DNA of 64,000 nt from Alphaproteobacteria bacterium (lineage in GTDB: Bacteria; Pseudomonadota; Alphaproteobacteria; UBA828). The position numbers and the translations under genes were made by a program. The notes below the pieces were generated by a model that worked only from the letters and a program-made list of their open reading frames with translations, searched no databases and had not been told where the DNA came from. Positions 19,524 through 29,934 of the stretch are shown in pieces. The DNA lies in contig CAXXVO010000014.1 of NCBI GenBank assembly GCA_963422645.2, forward strand, positions 256,001 through 320,000, read 5' to 3'. How positions within the stretch are numbered: position 1 is the stretch's first letter; every line of letters starts with the position of its first letter.

Positions 19524-21446
19524 CCTGACTTCGACGGTTGATTCGCGTAAGTATTTGAAATTGGCCGGTTCTCATTTCCGGCCAGGCACTACATCCGGCG
19601 GCGCTGCGAGACCGGGCCGGGTTTCGTCGGCGGTCAGTCGAGCTGGTACGGGGTGATCGTCAGGGGCAGCCCCATGGTCGCATAGATCTGTTCCGCCGCC
19701 GGTGTCGGCTTGGAGGGGATGACGTAGCGGTTGCCTGATTGGCGGCAGCGCAGGACCGAGCATTGGCGGTGGACGAGGGCGGAGCGGATGACTTCCGGGG
19801 ACATCCGCCGCTTCTGGATGGCGACGCGGTAGGCGAGGTGGCGGACGCAGGCGAAGGCCATGAAGGCGATGGCGATGTGGGCGCGGATCCGGTCCGGGTT
19901 CCAGTGCCAGATGGGGCGCACCCGCAGGTCGTGCTTGGTGATCCGGAAGCTCTCCTCGACCTGCCAGAGCCCGTGGTAGTGAGACATCACTTCGGTGACG
20001 CTGGCGTCGCGCAGATTGGTGATGACGCCGGCGAGCCCGTCCCATCGCTCGGCCTCGGCGATCTTCTCCGGGTTCACCGTGAGCCGGGCTTCGCCCTCGA
20101 CGGCGATGAAGCGCTTCGCCCCGTGATTGGAGAGCAGCTCCTTCGGATTGTCGCTGCGGGCCAGCCTGTCGAGCAGGCGCTCCACCTGCTTGCGGCGCTC
20201 GTGTGCGTCCGTGCGCGCGCGCACGGGGCAGAAGACGACGATCAGGCGCCGGCCCTTGTGCTCCCATTCGCCGACCCGGCGCTTCTCCGGGCCCTCCAGC
20301 GGGGCATAGGTGCCCGGGTCGAGAATCTGCTTCCGCAGCGCGAGCGGCAGCTTGCGCAGCCGCGCGCCGACGACGTACTCGCCGCCGATCGTGTCCATGG
20401 CGTCGAGGTTGTCGGCGCTCAGCATGCCCCGGTCGGCCACGCACACCGTGCGCTCCACCTGGTGGCGGCGCTGCATGTCCTGCAAGACCGGGACCAGGCT
20501 GTGCCCCTCGTAGGTGGCGCCGGGAAAGACCTCGTAGCCGATCGGCAGCCCTTCGCGCGTCACCATCAATGCCAGCAGGACCTGCGAGTCCTTGTGCTTG
20601 CCGTCCTTGCTGAAGCCGTGCTGGCGAAGCTCGTCCTCAACCGCGGTCTCGAAGTAGAGCGTGGTGCAATCGAAGAAGAGGAGCGCGACCGGCTCCGGCA
20701 GCAGCGATCGGCTCGCCTCGCCCACCTGCGTGCGCAGACGCTCGATCACGGTCGCGCCGAGTTGGTCCATCATGCGGTAGACCTTCTCAAGGGGAAGGCT
20801 CACGCCGAAGTCCTCCTCGAGCCGGCGCACGCTGCCCCGCTTGCTGTCGGGGTTGGCGATGCGTGCCATCACCACGTGGAACAGCGCGTCGTGCGAGGCC
20901 CGGTAGCGCGATCGCGGCAGCAGCGCATCGAGGCCCAGCAGGCGGTACATCTCGCCGTAGACCTCGTGGACGCCAGTGATCAGGCGCTGCTCCTCTTCGA
21001 GTTGCTTGAGATCGACCGGGAGTTCCTGCTTGCCGTCGCCCTGGCGTCCGACGCGGATCACCTGGTCTGCGATCTTCTCGGGCGCAAACAGCAAAGGCTG
21101 GCGCTGGTCCTCCAGCTTCGCCTTGACGTACTCGCCGAGCTGCCTCAGGCGCTCGAGCTCGTCCTCGTCCATGGCCACGCCGATGTGGCGAACGATGCGC
21201 TGTCGGACCTTGCCGCCGTCGCGCACGGCCTCGACGAGCTGGACCGAGCGTCGCGGGCTGTTGGGCGTGGTCTTGATGCGAACGAACACGGGGAAAGTGT
21301 AGCGCGCGGCGGGGGTATCGACAACCACATATACCTACTAGGCACTACAAAGCGGCTTGACCGCACCGCAACTTCTAAGTCATTGTCTTTGCAGAAAACT
21401 CCAGACGGGAGATCAGCCAAAATCCGGCCCAACCGTCGAAGTCAGG
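19524..21446 (-). mobile_element. IS1634-family insertion sequence (1923 bp)
   Basis: Perfect 17-bp IRs CCTGACTTCGACGGTTG; flanked by 133-bp direct repeats 19391-19523 and 21447-21579. Confidence 0.95.
19634..21289 (-). CDS. IS1634-family DDE transposase
   Basis: FFDCTTLYFE, GFSKDGK, VADRGM, YHGLWQVEESFRITKHDLRVRPIWHW. Confidence 0.93.
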   Translation of the reverse strand: MFVRIKTTPNSPRRSVQLVEAVRDGGKVRQRIVRHIGVAMDEDELERLRQLGEYVKAKLEDQRQPLLFAPEKIADQVIRVGRQGDGKQELPVDLKQLEEEQRLITGVHEVYGEMYRLLGLDALLPRSRYRASHDALFHVVMARIANPDSKRGSVRRLEEDFGVSLPLEKVYRMMDQLGATVIERLRTQVGEASRSLLPEPVALLFFDCTTLYFETAVEDELRQHGFSKDGKHKDSQVLLALMVTREGLPIGYEVFPGATYEGHSLVPVLQDMQRRHQVERTVCVADRGMLSADNLDAMDTIGGEYVVGARLRKLPLALRKQILDPGTYAPLEGPEKRRVGEWEHKGRRLIVVFCPVRARTDAHERRKQVERLLDRLARSDNPKELLSNHGAKRFIAVEGEARLTVNPEKIAEAERWDGLAGVITNLRDASVTEVMSHYHGLWQVEESFRITKHDLRVRPIWHWNPDRIRAHIAIAFMAFACVRHLAYRVAIQKRRMSPEVIRSALVHRQCSVLRCRQSGNRYVIPSKPTPAAEQIYATMGLPLTITPYQLD

Positions 21447-21719
21447 AATTCGGTCGTTTGCCGACAAAGACACGGAGACCGTTTGGCTCGATAGGCGGGT
21501 GCGCCCTTTCCAGCACATTCAGGCCCAGGCCAAGCGCCGGCTGAACGTCCTGAATGCAGCAACCTCTTTGGATGACTTGCGGAACAACCCCGGCGCGAGG
21601 CTCCACAAGCTGCGGGGCGGCCGCGCTGGCCAATGGGCCATCGCCATCAACGAGCAGTACCGCATCACCTTCGGTTGGAAGGACGGACCCCTAAACGTAC
21701 AGATAACGGACTATCACCG

Positions 21720-22013
21720 ATGATCGGACCGATACACCCGGGCGTCACCCTGCGCGAAGACTTCATGGAGCCGCTCAACCTGAGCGCGAACGGCCTCGCG
21801 GAGGCCCTCGGCGTCCCCCAGAATCGCATCAGCGATATCGTTCGCGGCCGTCGCGGGGTCACCGCCGACACTGCGCTCAGGCTCGAGCGCGCCTTCGGCG
21901 TCTCTGCCGACTTCTGGCTCAACCTGCAGTCCCACTACGAGCTCGAGGTCGCCAGGCGGGACGCCGGGAAGGTGATCGAGAAGTCGGTGAGGCGGCTTTC
22001 CAGCGCCGCCTGA
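21720..22013 (+). CDS. higA: HigA antitoxin
   Basis: IHPGVTLREDFM, TADTALRL, FWLNLQ; ATGA overlap with higB. Confidence 0.93.
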   Translation: MIGPIHPGVTLREDFMEPLNLSANGLAEALGVPQNRISDIVRGRRGVTADTALRLERAFGVSADFWLNLQSHYELEVARRDAGKVIEKSVRRLSSAA

Positions 22014-22024
22014 GACGCACGCCC

Positions 22025-22880
22025 TCAGGAAACGGCGAGTTCGGCGAGAAGGCCGTAGTGATCCGATACCGGTGAGCGGCTCGCCATCGGGGCGCGGCAC
22101 CAGCGGCTCGTCGAGAACGGTGCGAACAGTGCTGACCGCCACTCTGCGACTGCCGCCCGGCCGCACGAAGATGTGGTCGACTCGGCGGGCGGGACCGGCG
22201 GCCCGGCCTCGGTTGAGCGGATTGGCGGGATCCCACGTGCCTTGAGGCCGGGCGTCATCCGGCAGGGCGGCGGCAACTTCCGTAAACCCGGCGGCCTGAA
22301 GGAGGCGGTCGGTCACGGCGTCCGCGGCCGGGTCGCAGTTGAAGTCGCCGGCGAGCACGACCGTGCCTTCGAGGGCTGCGCCGGCGGCCTCGATCGCCTG
22401 GGCGATCTGCGCGCTCCGCCGGTCGGGCGCGCCCCGGCGCCGCTTGCGCCGATAGGCGCCGCCGGCGGTGGCGTGGAGGTTGACGACGCGAACCCGGCCG
22501 AGGTCGGGCGTATCCACCGTGCAGGCGAGCATCCCGCGCGGTCCGAAGAGGCCTTCTTCCAGCGTCTGCTGTGCGAAGGACGTGCACGAGGCGTTTGCCA
22601 CCGGATGGCGCGAAAGGGTGAGCAGCCCGGTGCCGTAGAAGCGGCTGTCCTCGGCGATGCCGGCGCTGTGGGGGTAGAGATCGCGCAGCTCCGCGGCCAG
22701 CCTCACTTTGACGCGCTGCGGCACCAGCTCCTGCAAGAGGACGATATCGGCGTCCACGCCGCGCAGCGCGGGCGCGAGGTGCGCGGCGCGGGCGATAACA
22801 TGGGGCACGTCCTCGTAGAGCGCGGCGCCGAAGAGCCGAATTTCGGTCAGGCCGGTATTGAAGGTCAGGATGCGCAGCAC
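22025..22880 (-). pseudogene. endonuclease/exonuclease/phosphatase (EEP) family protein, frameshifted near 22075
   Basis: LTFNT, LLQE, NLH, AGDFN, RVDHIF in one frame; catalytic SDHYG lies in another frame ending at 22025. Confidence 0.82.
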
Positions 22881-22893
22881 CGGCGCAGCCAGG

Positions 22894-23820
22894 CTATGGC
22901 CCCGCCCCGGCCGACGGTGCAGGCGGGGGGCTGCGGTTCACCAGGAAGAGCCCGGCGAAGAGCAGGCCGACGGCGAGGCCGATCCAGGGGCTCGGCACCT
23001 CGCCGAAATAGAGCGCCGCCCAGCCCATCCCGCAGAGCGGGCCGATGTAGCCGTTGGTCGAGAAGAAGACCGGCCCCGCCATGCGAATGATTTCGAGCCC
23101 GAGCACGAAGAAGCACGCCGTGAGCGCGCCGCCGCCGATCAGCGACCAGTCGCCGTCGCTCATGGTGCCGTCGAAGAGCCACCAGCTGTCGGCGGCAGCC
23201 ATCACCGGCAGCATCAGGATCGCGCCCGCGAAAGCGATGCCGCAGGTCAGCGGGATCGGCTGGCTGCCGGCCGGGCGCAGGAACACCACCGTGACGCTGC
23301 CGAAGGCGTAGCAGACGGGTGAGCCGAAGGCCAAGAGCAGCCAGGGCGCCATGCCTGGCTCCGGCAGGCTCGACCCCGGCGCCAGCACCACCAGGATGCC
23401 TGCGAGGCCAAGCAGGATTCCCGTGACGCGCAGCAGCCGCATGGCGTCGAGCTTGAACAGGATCGAGAAGGCGTAGGTGAGGATCGGTGAGAGCGTGAGG
23501 GTGAGCGCGACCGCGCCGGCCGGCACCTTGGGCGCGGCCAGCGCCAGCAGGGTGTAAGGGACACCGATGCCGATGAAGCCGAAGATCAAATAGAAGCGAA
23601 GGTAGGCGCCGCTCAGTTTCGGTCGCTGTCCCATTGAGAGACCGGCGATCAGGGCGATCGTCCCCGCCAGCACGCCTTGCCAAAAGACGAAGGGAAAGAC
23701 CGGGATGCCCTCGGTAATGGCGATCCGGTTGAGCGAGAAGGTCATGGCGTAGCTGGATGAGCCGAAGAGCAACATTGCGAGCGGCAACAGCCGCCCGCTC
23801 TGGCGCTCGGCGACGTTCAC
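22894..23820 (-). CDS. DMT/EamA family transporter
   Basis: About 10 hydrophobic segments in two repeats, C-terminal FGEVPS. Confidence 0.87.
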   Translation of the reverse strand: MNVAERQSGRLLPLAMLLFGSSSYAMTFSLNRIAITEGIPVFPFVFWQGVLAGTIALIAGLSMGQRPKLSGAYLRFYLIFGFIGIGVPYTLLALAAPKVPAGAVALTLTLSPILTYAFSILFKLDAMRLLRVTGILLGLAGILVVLAPGSSLPEPGMAPWLLLAFGSPVCYAFGSVTVVFLRPAGSQPIPLTCGIAFAGAILMLPVMAAADSWWLFDGTMSDGDWSLIGGGALTACFFVLGLEIIRMAGPVFFSTNGYIGPLCGMGWAALYFGEVPSPWIGLAVGLLFAGLFLVNRSPPPAPSAGAGP

Positions 23821-23832
23821 GAGGCTCGCCCG

Positions 23833-24603
23833 CTATTCCGCAAGCCCGGCGGTGAGTCCGCCGTCGATCACGAGTGCGGTGCCGGTAATCCAACGGGCGT
23901 CGTCGGAGGCGAGGTAGACAAAGCCGTCGGCGATGTCGCGCGGCGTCCCGATACGGCCCAGGGGCGTGTGGCCCGCTGCGCGGGCGAGGGCGGCTTCGGG
24001 GTCCGGCTGATCTGCGAGGTAGCCATCGAACATCGGCGTAGCCACGAAGCCGGGGCAGATGCAGTTGGCGCGGATGCCGTGCGGCGCTCCGTCGAGCGCC
24101 ATGCAGCGGGTGAGCATGATCAGGCCTGCCTTGGAGGCGACGTAGGCGGCATCCTGCCGGACGCCTACGACGCCGGCGATCGAGGCCGTGCTCAGGATCG
24201 TGCCCCCGCCTGCCGCAGCGAAGTGCGGCCAGAACGCCTTCGAGACCCGATAGGCGCCGCTCAGGTTGATGTCGATTTCGCGCTGCCAGTCGGTTTCCGT
24301 GAGCTCCGCCACACCGCCCAGGATGGTGACGCCGGCATTGTTCACCAGCACGTCGATCCGGCCCAGCGCCGCCAGCGCCTCCTCGGCAAGGCGCGCTACC
24401 TCCCGCTCGCTGGTGATGTCGACGCTTGCGGCGACCGCGTCGGCCCCCTTCGCGACGATCGATGCAGCGACGGCGACGGCGCCTTCGGCGTCCAGGTCGG
24501 CGCAGACGACCGCCGCACCTTCCTCTGCGAAGCGGAGCGATGTTTCGCGGCCGATGCCCGATGCGGCACCGGTGACGACGGCGTTCCTGCCGGCGAGTCT
24601 CAC
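23833..24603 (-). CDS. SDR family oxidoreductase
   Basis: TGAASGIG, NNAG, YVASK. Confidence 0.92.
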   Translation of the reverse strand: MRLAGRNAVVTGAASGIGRETSLRFAEEGAAVVCADLDAEGAVAVAASIVAKGADAVAASVDITSEREVARLAEEALAALGRIDVLVNNAGVTILGGVAELTETDWQREIDINLSGAYRVSKAFWPHFAAAGGGTILSTASIAGVVGVRQDAAYVASKAGLIMLTRCMALDGAPHGIRANCICPGFVATPMFDGYLADQPDPEAALARAAGHTPLGRIGTPRDIADGFVYLASDDARWITGTALVIDGGLTAGLAE

Positions 24604-24625
24604 TGGGGAGGGCCGGCGCGCCCGC

Positions 24626-25579
24626 CTACGCGGGCATGGTCTCGTTCCGGCGCTGGGCGCGCTGCATCAGGATCATGCCGATCACCGCGAACACGCTGAG
24701 GCAGATCAGGATGAAGAGGCCGAGTGCCGCCACGTAGGCCCAATCGAGGTCCTTGAATGTGAGGTCGAGGATGTAGACGGAGATCGACTTGGTGGCCACG
24801 CCCGGCCCGCCGCCGGTCATTACGTAAAGAACATCGAAGATCTTGATGCACTCGATGGTGCGGATGACCAGCGCGATGATCATCACCATCTTCATGCGCG
24901 GCAGCACGATGCGCCAGAAGCGTTGCCACGCGTTCGCGCCCAGCAGCGTCGCCGCTTTCATCTGGTCCTCGGGCACGCCCACCATGCCTGCGAGCAGGAT
25001 CAGGAACATCAGCGGCGTCCACTGCCAGATGTCGGCGATCATTACCGAGATCATCGCCAGCGTGCCGTCGGCCAGCCACAGGATCTCGACTTCGCTGCCG
25101 CTGATCCGGCTGAGCAGGTCGTTGATGGGGCCCGAGCTCTGGAAGAGCATGAAGAACATGTAGCCGGCGACCGCGGGCACGATCATCATCGGCATCAGCA
25201 TGATCGAGTAGAAGAGCCGCTTGCCCACGAATTTCTCGGCGAACAGGATGGCGAGGCCCAGGCCCAGCAGGAACTCGATGGGCACGCAGACGGCGACGAT
25301 CAGGAAGGTGCGCCCGATCGAGCCCCAGAGCTTCGAGTCGTCGAAGAGGTCGCCGTAGTTGCCGAAGAGGTTGGCGCTCTCATAGGCCATGTACCAGGGC
25401 GTGCCGTCGAGCGGCCCCCACCAGGTGAAGCTCACGTAGAGCTGCATCACCAGCGGGAAGGCGACGATGAAGAGCAGCAGCAGCTGGGCCGGGAGCGTCA
25501 GGTAGAGCCCGAGCACCTTGCCCTGGCGTTCCAGCGGCGTGAGCGCGGGCCGTCTGGCCTTTGTCGCCGCCTTGCTCAT
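24626..25579 (-). CDS. carbohydrate ABC permease
   Basis: ADIWQWTPLMFLILLAG, KIFDVLYVMTGGGPG. Confidence 0.9.
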   Translation of the reverse strand: MSKAATKARRPALTPLERQGKVLGLYLTLPAQLLLLFIVAFPLVMQLYVSFTWWGPLDGTPWYMAYESANLFGNYGDLFDDSKLWGSIGRTFLIVAVCVPIEFLLGLGLAILFAEKFVGKRLFYSIMLMPMMIVPAVAGYMFFMLFQSSGPINDLLSRISGSEVEILWLADGTLAMISVMIADIWQWTPLMFLILLAGMVGVPEDQMKAATLLGANAWQRFWRIVLPRMKMVMIIALVIRTIECIKIFDVLYVMTGGGPGVATKSISVYILDLTFKDLDWAYVAALGLFILICLSVFAVIGMILMQRAQRRNETMPA

Positions 25580-26436
25580 TGCTTCAGCGCCCCGAAGGTG
25601 AGCCCGCGCACCAGATACTTCTGGATCGCGATGCCGAAGACCACCGGCGGCACCACGGCGATGAGGCCGAGCGCGGCCTTGGCGCCGTACATCTGCCCCG
25701 TCATCGCCGACGAGAGCGAGTTCATGTAGACCGGAATGGTCACCCACTCCTTGCGGGTCAGCAGCAGGGCGATGACGTAGTCGCTCCAGTTGAGGATGAA
25801 GACGAAGAGCGTGGTGCTGGCGAGCGCCGCCTTCACCATCGGCAGCGTGATCTTCCAGAACACGCGGAACCAGCTGCAGCCCTCGACGAGCGCGGCCTCC
25901 TCGATCTCCCGCGGCACTTCATCGAAGAAGGTCTTCATCAGCCAGAAGGCGAAGGGCAGCGTGACGATGCCGTAGATGAGCGAGAGCCCCCACCAGGAAT
26001 CCATGGCGCCGATGAAGGCCCACATGATCATCACCGGGATCATCACCGCGAGCGGCGGGAAGAGCCGGAGCTGGAGCACGCCCAGGGGCAGGTTGCGCCC
26101 GACCATGAAGCGGGAGACCGCATAGGCGCCGAGGGTGCCGGCGATGACGGCGATCGCAGTACCAAGCAGCGCAGTGACGAGGCTGGAGATGATCGGTTTG
26201 GTGGCGGTCCGCTCGTGGGTGATGGAGTAGGCGTCCGTCTCGCCCGTGAAGATGTATTCGAAATTGGCGAAGGTGGGCTCACGCGGCAGCCAGTGCAGGT
26301 CGCCTGCGGTCGACACCCACTCGGTGTGGGGCTTGAAGGCCATCGTGGCCATCCACACCACCGGCAGCAGCGCCAGGCCGACGGCGACAAGGATCAGCGC
26401 GTAGCGCCAGAGGTGGGAGGTGTACGCTCTTTGCAT
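25576..26436 (-). CDS. carbohydrate ABC permease
   Basis: EIEEAALVEG (EAA loop), FILNWSDY. Confidence 0.9.
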   Translation of the reverse strand: MQRAYTSHLWRYALILVAVGLALLPVVWMATMAFKPHTEWVSTAGDLHWLPREPTFANFEYIFTGETDAYSITHERTATKPIISSLVTALLGTAIAVIAGTLGAYAVSRFMVGRNLPLGVLQLRLFPPLAVMIPVMIMWAFIGAMDSWWGLSLIYGIVTLPFAFWLMKTFFDEVPREIEEAALVEGCSWFRVFWKITLPMVKAALASTTLFVFILNWSDYVIALLLTRKEWVTIPVYMNSLSSAMTGQMYGAKAALGLIAVVPPVVFGIAIQKYLVRGLTFGALKQ

Positions 26437-26582
26437 CGCTACTCAGGCCGCGGTCCCGGGCCGCTCACGGTGCTCACGGGCGACCGATCATCGCCTTGAA
26501 CTGAAAACACGATCGGGAGAGGAGCGGGCGGCGCGCAAACGCTGCGCACCGCCCACCAGGGACCGCTTCGGCGCTTTTCGGA

Positions 26583-28160
26583 TCAGGCTTGGTCGATGAC
26601 CGTCGACCAGCCGGACTTCGCGGCGTTGATCAGTTCGGTCATCTTGTCCTCGCCCTTCTTCCGGATGTGCCGGCGCCACGACTTGGCGGTGTTCTCCATC
26701 GCCTCCTGCGCCGAGATCTCGCCTGCCAGGGCGGAGACGAGGTTCTCGCTCAGCGTGTTGTGCATCGCGAATTGACCCGGGATGGCAATGGTGGGCACCG
26801 CGCGCGCCACCGTGCCCTCGATGACCGGCACGTGGTAGGGCTTGTAGGACTGGATGACCAGCGGATCCTGGAAGTTGGCAAGCTGGAAGGGATCGAAGAA
26901 CCCGCCCGGATTGCCGGTCAGCAGGCTGAAGATCCGCGTGGACCCCGACCACTGCAGCCAGAGATACGCGGCCTCCTGATACTCGCTCTGGGTCGAGACG
27001 CCGCCGTTATTGCCGAGATAGATCGTGGAGCGGCGCACCAGGTCTTGGCCGAACTGATGGCCCGGCGGCAGGAACGAGCCCATCTTGCCGCCGATCGCAG
27101 TTTCGGAATTGTCGAGGAACTTCGGACAGTTGGAGAAGGTGCCGAGCATGAACGAGTTGCCGTTGGCCATGTTCCCGTAATACTCGGGCCAGCTCCAGCC
27201 GAGGCCGCCCCTGTCCGACCAGTCGAGGCTCTTGACGTGCTCCTCGGTGGCCTGGATGCCGGCGTCGGTGTCGATGATCGGGTTGCCCTCGTCGTCGAAC
27301 AGGTGCTGGTTGGGATTGTCCTTGCTGACGTAGCGGTTGTACCAGGTGCTGATGCCCCAGAAGTGGCTCATCATGTTGCCGTTGCCGAGCATGCCCTTCG
27401 AGGTGAAGAACTCGGCCAGCTGGTCGCATTCGCCCCAGGTACGCGGCGGCCCGATCTCCCAGCCGTACTTGTCGCCGAACTCCTTCTGGTTCGCCGGGTC
27501 TTCCGTCAGGTCTCTGCGATAGACCCAGACCTGGGCGTCGCCGTCGTAGCAGACCGAGCGGGGCTCGCCGCCGTACTTGTAGAGCATGTCGTAGGATTCC
27601 GGCGTCGGCATCCCACGTTGGGGGTCGGCGAAGTCGGCGCCGTGCTTCTCGATCCATTCGCCGAGCGGCGCGATGCCGTTGGCCTCGGACAGATCGCCCA
27701 TGGCCGCGTAGCCGAAGGTGTAGACGTCGTAAGCCGCGGAGCTGGTGGTGACGTCCTGGATCACCTTGTTGAACTGCTCCTCCGGCGAGACCGGGATGAA
27801 CTCGAGCTTCACACCGGTCTCGGCTTCCCAGATCGACTGCAGCGTCGGCCCGTCCGGCGGCCAGGGATTTGTGAAGTGGCCGATGGCGCCGTCGGTCATC
27901 AGGATGTTGAGTTTTTCGGGCGCCTTGCCTTCGGCCTTGAGCTTGCGGATGCCCTCGACCGCGCGCCCTTCGGACATGGTCTCGTTGTACTGGTAGCGCT
28001 CTGCCCCCTCGAAGCCCGTGGGGCCGCCCGTCATGCCCTCTGCCAGCCCTGCGGCCCGCGCGGGGCGGATGAACTTGGGCGCGATCCCGATGGGCGAGGT
28101 GAGCACCACGCCTGCTGCGCCAGCCTTCAACGCCTGCCGCCGCGTAATCTTCATCGCCAT
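26583..28160 (-). CDS. carbohydrate ABC substrate-binding protein, Tat-exported
   Basis: ITRRQALK twin-arginine signal, WVYRRDL, PPRTW; GGAGG RBS before 28160. Confidence 0.88.
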   Translation of the reverse strand: MAMKITRRQALKAGAAGVVLTSPIGIAPKFIRPARAAGLAEGMTGGPTGFEGAERYQYNETMSEGRAVEGIRKLKAEGKAPEKLNILMTDGAIGHFTNPWPPDGPTLQSIWEAETGVKLEFIPVSPEEQFNKVIQDVTTSSAAYDVYTFGYAAMGDLSEANGIAPLGEWIEKHGADFADPQRGMPTPESYDMLYKYGGEPRSVCYDGDAQVWVYRRDLTEDPANQKEFGDKYGWEIGPPRTWGECDQLAEFFTSKGMLGNGNMMSHFWGISTWYNRYVSKDNPNQHLFDDEGNPIIDTDAGIQATEEHVKSLDWSDRGGLGWSWPEYYGNMANGNSFMLGTFSNCPKFLDNSETAIGGKMGSFLPPGHQFGQDLVRRSTIYLGNNGGVSTQSEYQEAAYLWLQWSGSTRIFSLLTGNPGGFFDPFQLANFQDPLVIQSYKPYHVPVIEGTVARAVPTIAIPGQFAMHNTLSENLVSALAGEISAQEAMENTAKSWRRHIRKKGEDKMTELINAAKSGWSTVIDQA

Positions 28161-28446
28161 TGATGCCTCCCGTGGTTCTTCCCGATGAGTGGCCCGAGCC
28201 GTCGAGCCGGCGCTTGGGTACCATCCAACCCTATACCACGCGTGCGCGCCGCTATGCATCCTCCAAGCGCCACCGATGTCGCGACCGGTCTTCGCGCCAG
28301 CCGCCGATGGGAAGCGACCGACTCTGGTGGCGCATGCCTGCTCATGGCGGTTTACGAGTAAAGTTCGCGGGTCTATCGGGCGGGCGATGTCGAAGGCATG
28401 ATGGCGCTCGACCGCGACAATCGCCCCGAATCAGCCCGGCCCTGCG

Positions 28447-29145
28447 ATGAGCATTCGAGACTCCGTCATTGCCGCCTTGCGCGAAGCCGCCGACCCGGCG
28501 AGAGCACCGCAGCAACAGGCATACATGAAGTCGGACATGCCCTACTTTGGCGTGGGCGTGCCCCAATGCCGGCGTCTCGCCGGTGCCGTGTTCAGGACGC
28601 ACCCGCTGCCCGACGCCCGCGCCTGGGAGGCGGCGATTCTCGATCTTTGGCGCAGCGCCGCCCACCGCGAGGAGCGCTACGCGGCGGTCGAGCTGCTGCT
28701 CTTCGGGCGCTATTCAAGCTGGCTGGAGCCGGCGAGAGTTCCGTTGATCGAGGAGCTGGTGGTCACCGGCGCCTGGTGGGACTACGTGGACGCGATCGCC
28801 GGCCGCGGAGTAGGGACCATGCTCGCCGCTCACCCGCGCCCGATGAAGGCCGTGCTGCGTGCATGGGCAAGGGACGACGACATCTGGAAGCGGCGGACCG
28901 CGATCCTCGCTCAGCTCAAGTCCAAGCGCGCGACGGACACCAAACTGTTGGCCGACGCGATCCGGCCGTCCATCGGCGAGTCCGAGTTCTTCCTTCGCAA
29001 AGGCATCGGCTGGGCGTTGCGCGAGTACTCCAAGACCGATCCGGCCTGGGTGCTGGCCTTCGTCAAAGCCCACCCCGAACTCTCGGACCTGAGCCGGCGC
29101 GAGGCGCTCAAGCACCTGGAACGCACGAAAGCGGCCAGTCGTTAG
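28447..29145 (+). CDS. DNA alkylation repair protein (AlkD-like HEAT-repeat glycosylase family)
   Basis: AYMKSDMPYFGV, HREERY, WWDYVD, EFFLRKGIGWALREYSK. Confidence 0.9.
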   Translation: MSIRDSVIAALREAADPARAPQQQAYMKSDMPYFGVGVPQCRRLAGAVFRTHPLPDARAWEAAILDLWRSAAHREERYAAVELLLFGRYSSWLEPARVPLIEELVVTGAWWDYVDAIAGRGVGTMLAAHPRPMKAVLRAWARDDDIWKRRTAILAQLKSKRATDTKLLADAIRPSIGESEFFLRKGIGWALREYSKTDPAWVLAFVKAHPELSDLSRREALKHLERTKAASR

Positions 29146-29276
29146 ACAATGCAAGCCCCGGCGCGCCGCAGGCCGTGACCCTGGTGAGAAATGCGGGCTT
29201 GTGTCGTGTTTCCGAAGTTCATTCGCATAGGGTCGGGCCGGCGCGCGGTCTCTCCAACCGAGCCTCTACAACACGT

Positions 29277-29371
29277 CGTCATGCCCGGACTGGTTCCGGG
29301 CATCTCGCTCGGCCAGGCACGCCGAATGCTGGGCAAACACGTGGATGGCCGCAACAATTGCGGCCATGACG
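29277..29371. repeat. GTCAT-type REP doublet, second copy
   Basis: cgtcatgcccggactggttccgggcatc ... gatggccgcaacaattgcggccatgacg. Confidence 0.85.
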
Positions 29372-29697
29372 TGTTAGGGGGGCGATGCAATCGGATAGAA
29401 ACTTCTCGTACAGAACACTGGCTGTGGAGCATCAAAGGGTTGTCCGTGGGCAGCCGCGGTCTGCAGATGGGTGCATCGGCATTCAAGATACTGATCGGCC
29501 CCCACTGTGTGGTCCGGTCGGGCCGGGTCTATGTGAGGGGTCCCGGCCGCAGCACAGCGGCGGCAGCAGCGGGAACCTGTCGGCCGAGCGCGGGGAGGAT
29601 ATTGCTCAACCTGCGCCGTTACGGATTTGACGATCTGAGTCTCGAAGAGTAGAGGAAGTGCATAGGTGTTTATGCGCTTATGTGCGGGAGTGTGGCC

Positions 29698-29934
29698 ATG
29701 ACTCGATGGAATCTCTCCATCTCGGAAGAGACCGACCGGGCGCTTCGTACCTTTCTTGCCCGCAACGGCGGCAAGAAGGGCGATCTGTCCCGATTCGTCG
29801 ATGAAGCTGTGCGCCGCCGCGTATTCGATCTCACTGTCAGCCAGGTCAAGGAGCGCAATGCCGGATTGAACCAGCGGGAGAGTCTCGGCCTGATCGACGA
29901 TGAGGTGTACGCGGCGCGTGCGGGTCGTTCTTGA
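29698..29934 (+). CDS. ribbon-helix-helix putative antitoxin
   Basis: MTRWNLSISEETDRALRTFLA...KKGDLSRFVDEAV; overlaps the PIN gene. Confidence 0.8.
   Translation: MTRWNLSISEETDRALRTFLARNGGKKGDLSRFVDEAVRRRVFDLTVSQVKERNAGLNQRESLGLIDDEVYAARAGRS

Larger units (their letters stand above)
19386..21723 (+). pseudogene. higB: HigB (RelE/ParE family) toxin interrupted by IS1634
   Basis: Reconstructed MAIRSFADKDTETVWLDRRVRPFQHIQAQAKRRLNVLNAATSLDDLRNNPGARLHKLRGGRAGQWAIAINEQYRITFGWKDGPLNVQITDYHR. Confidence 0.9.
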
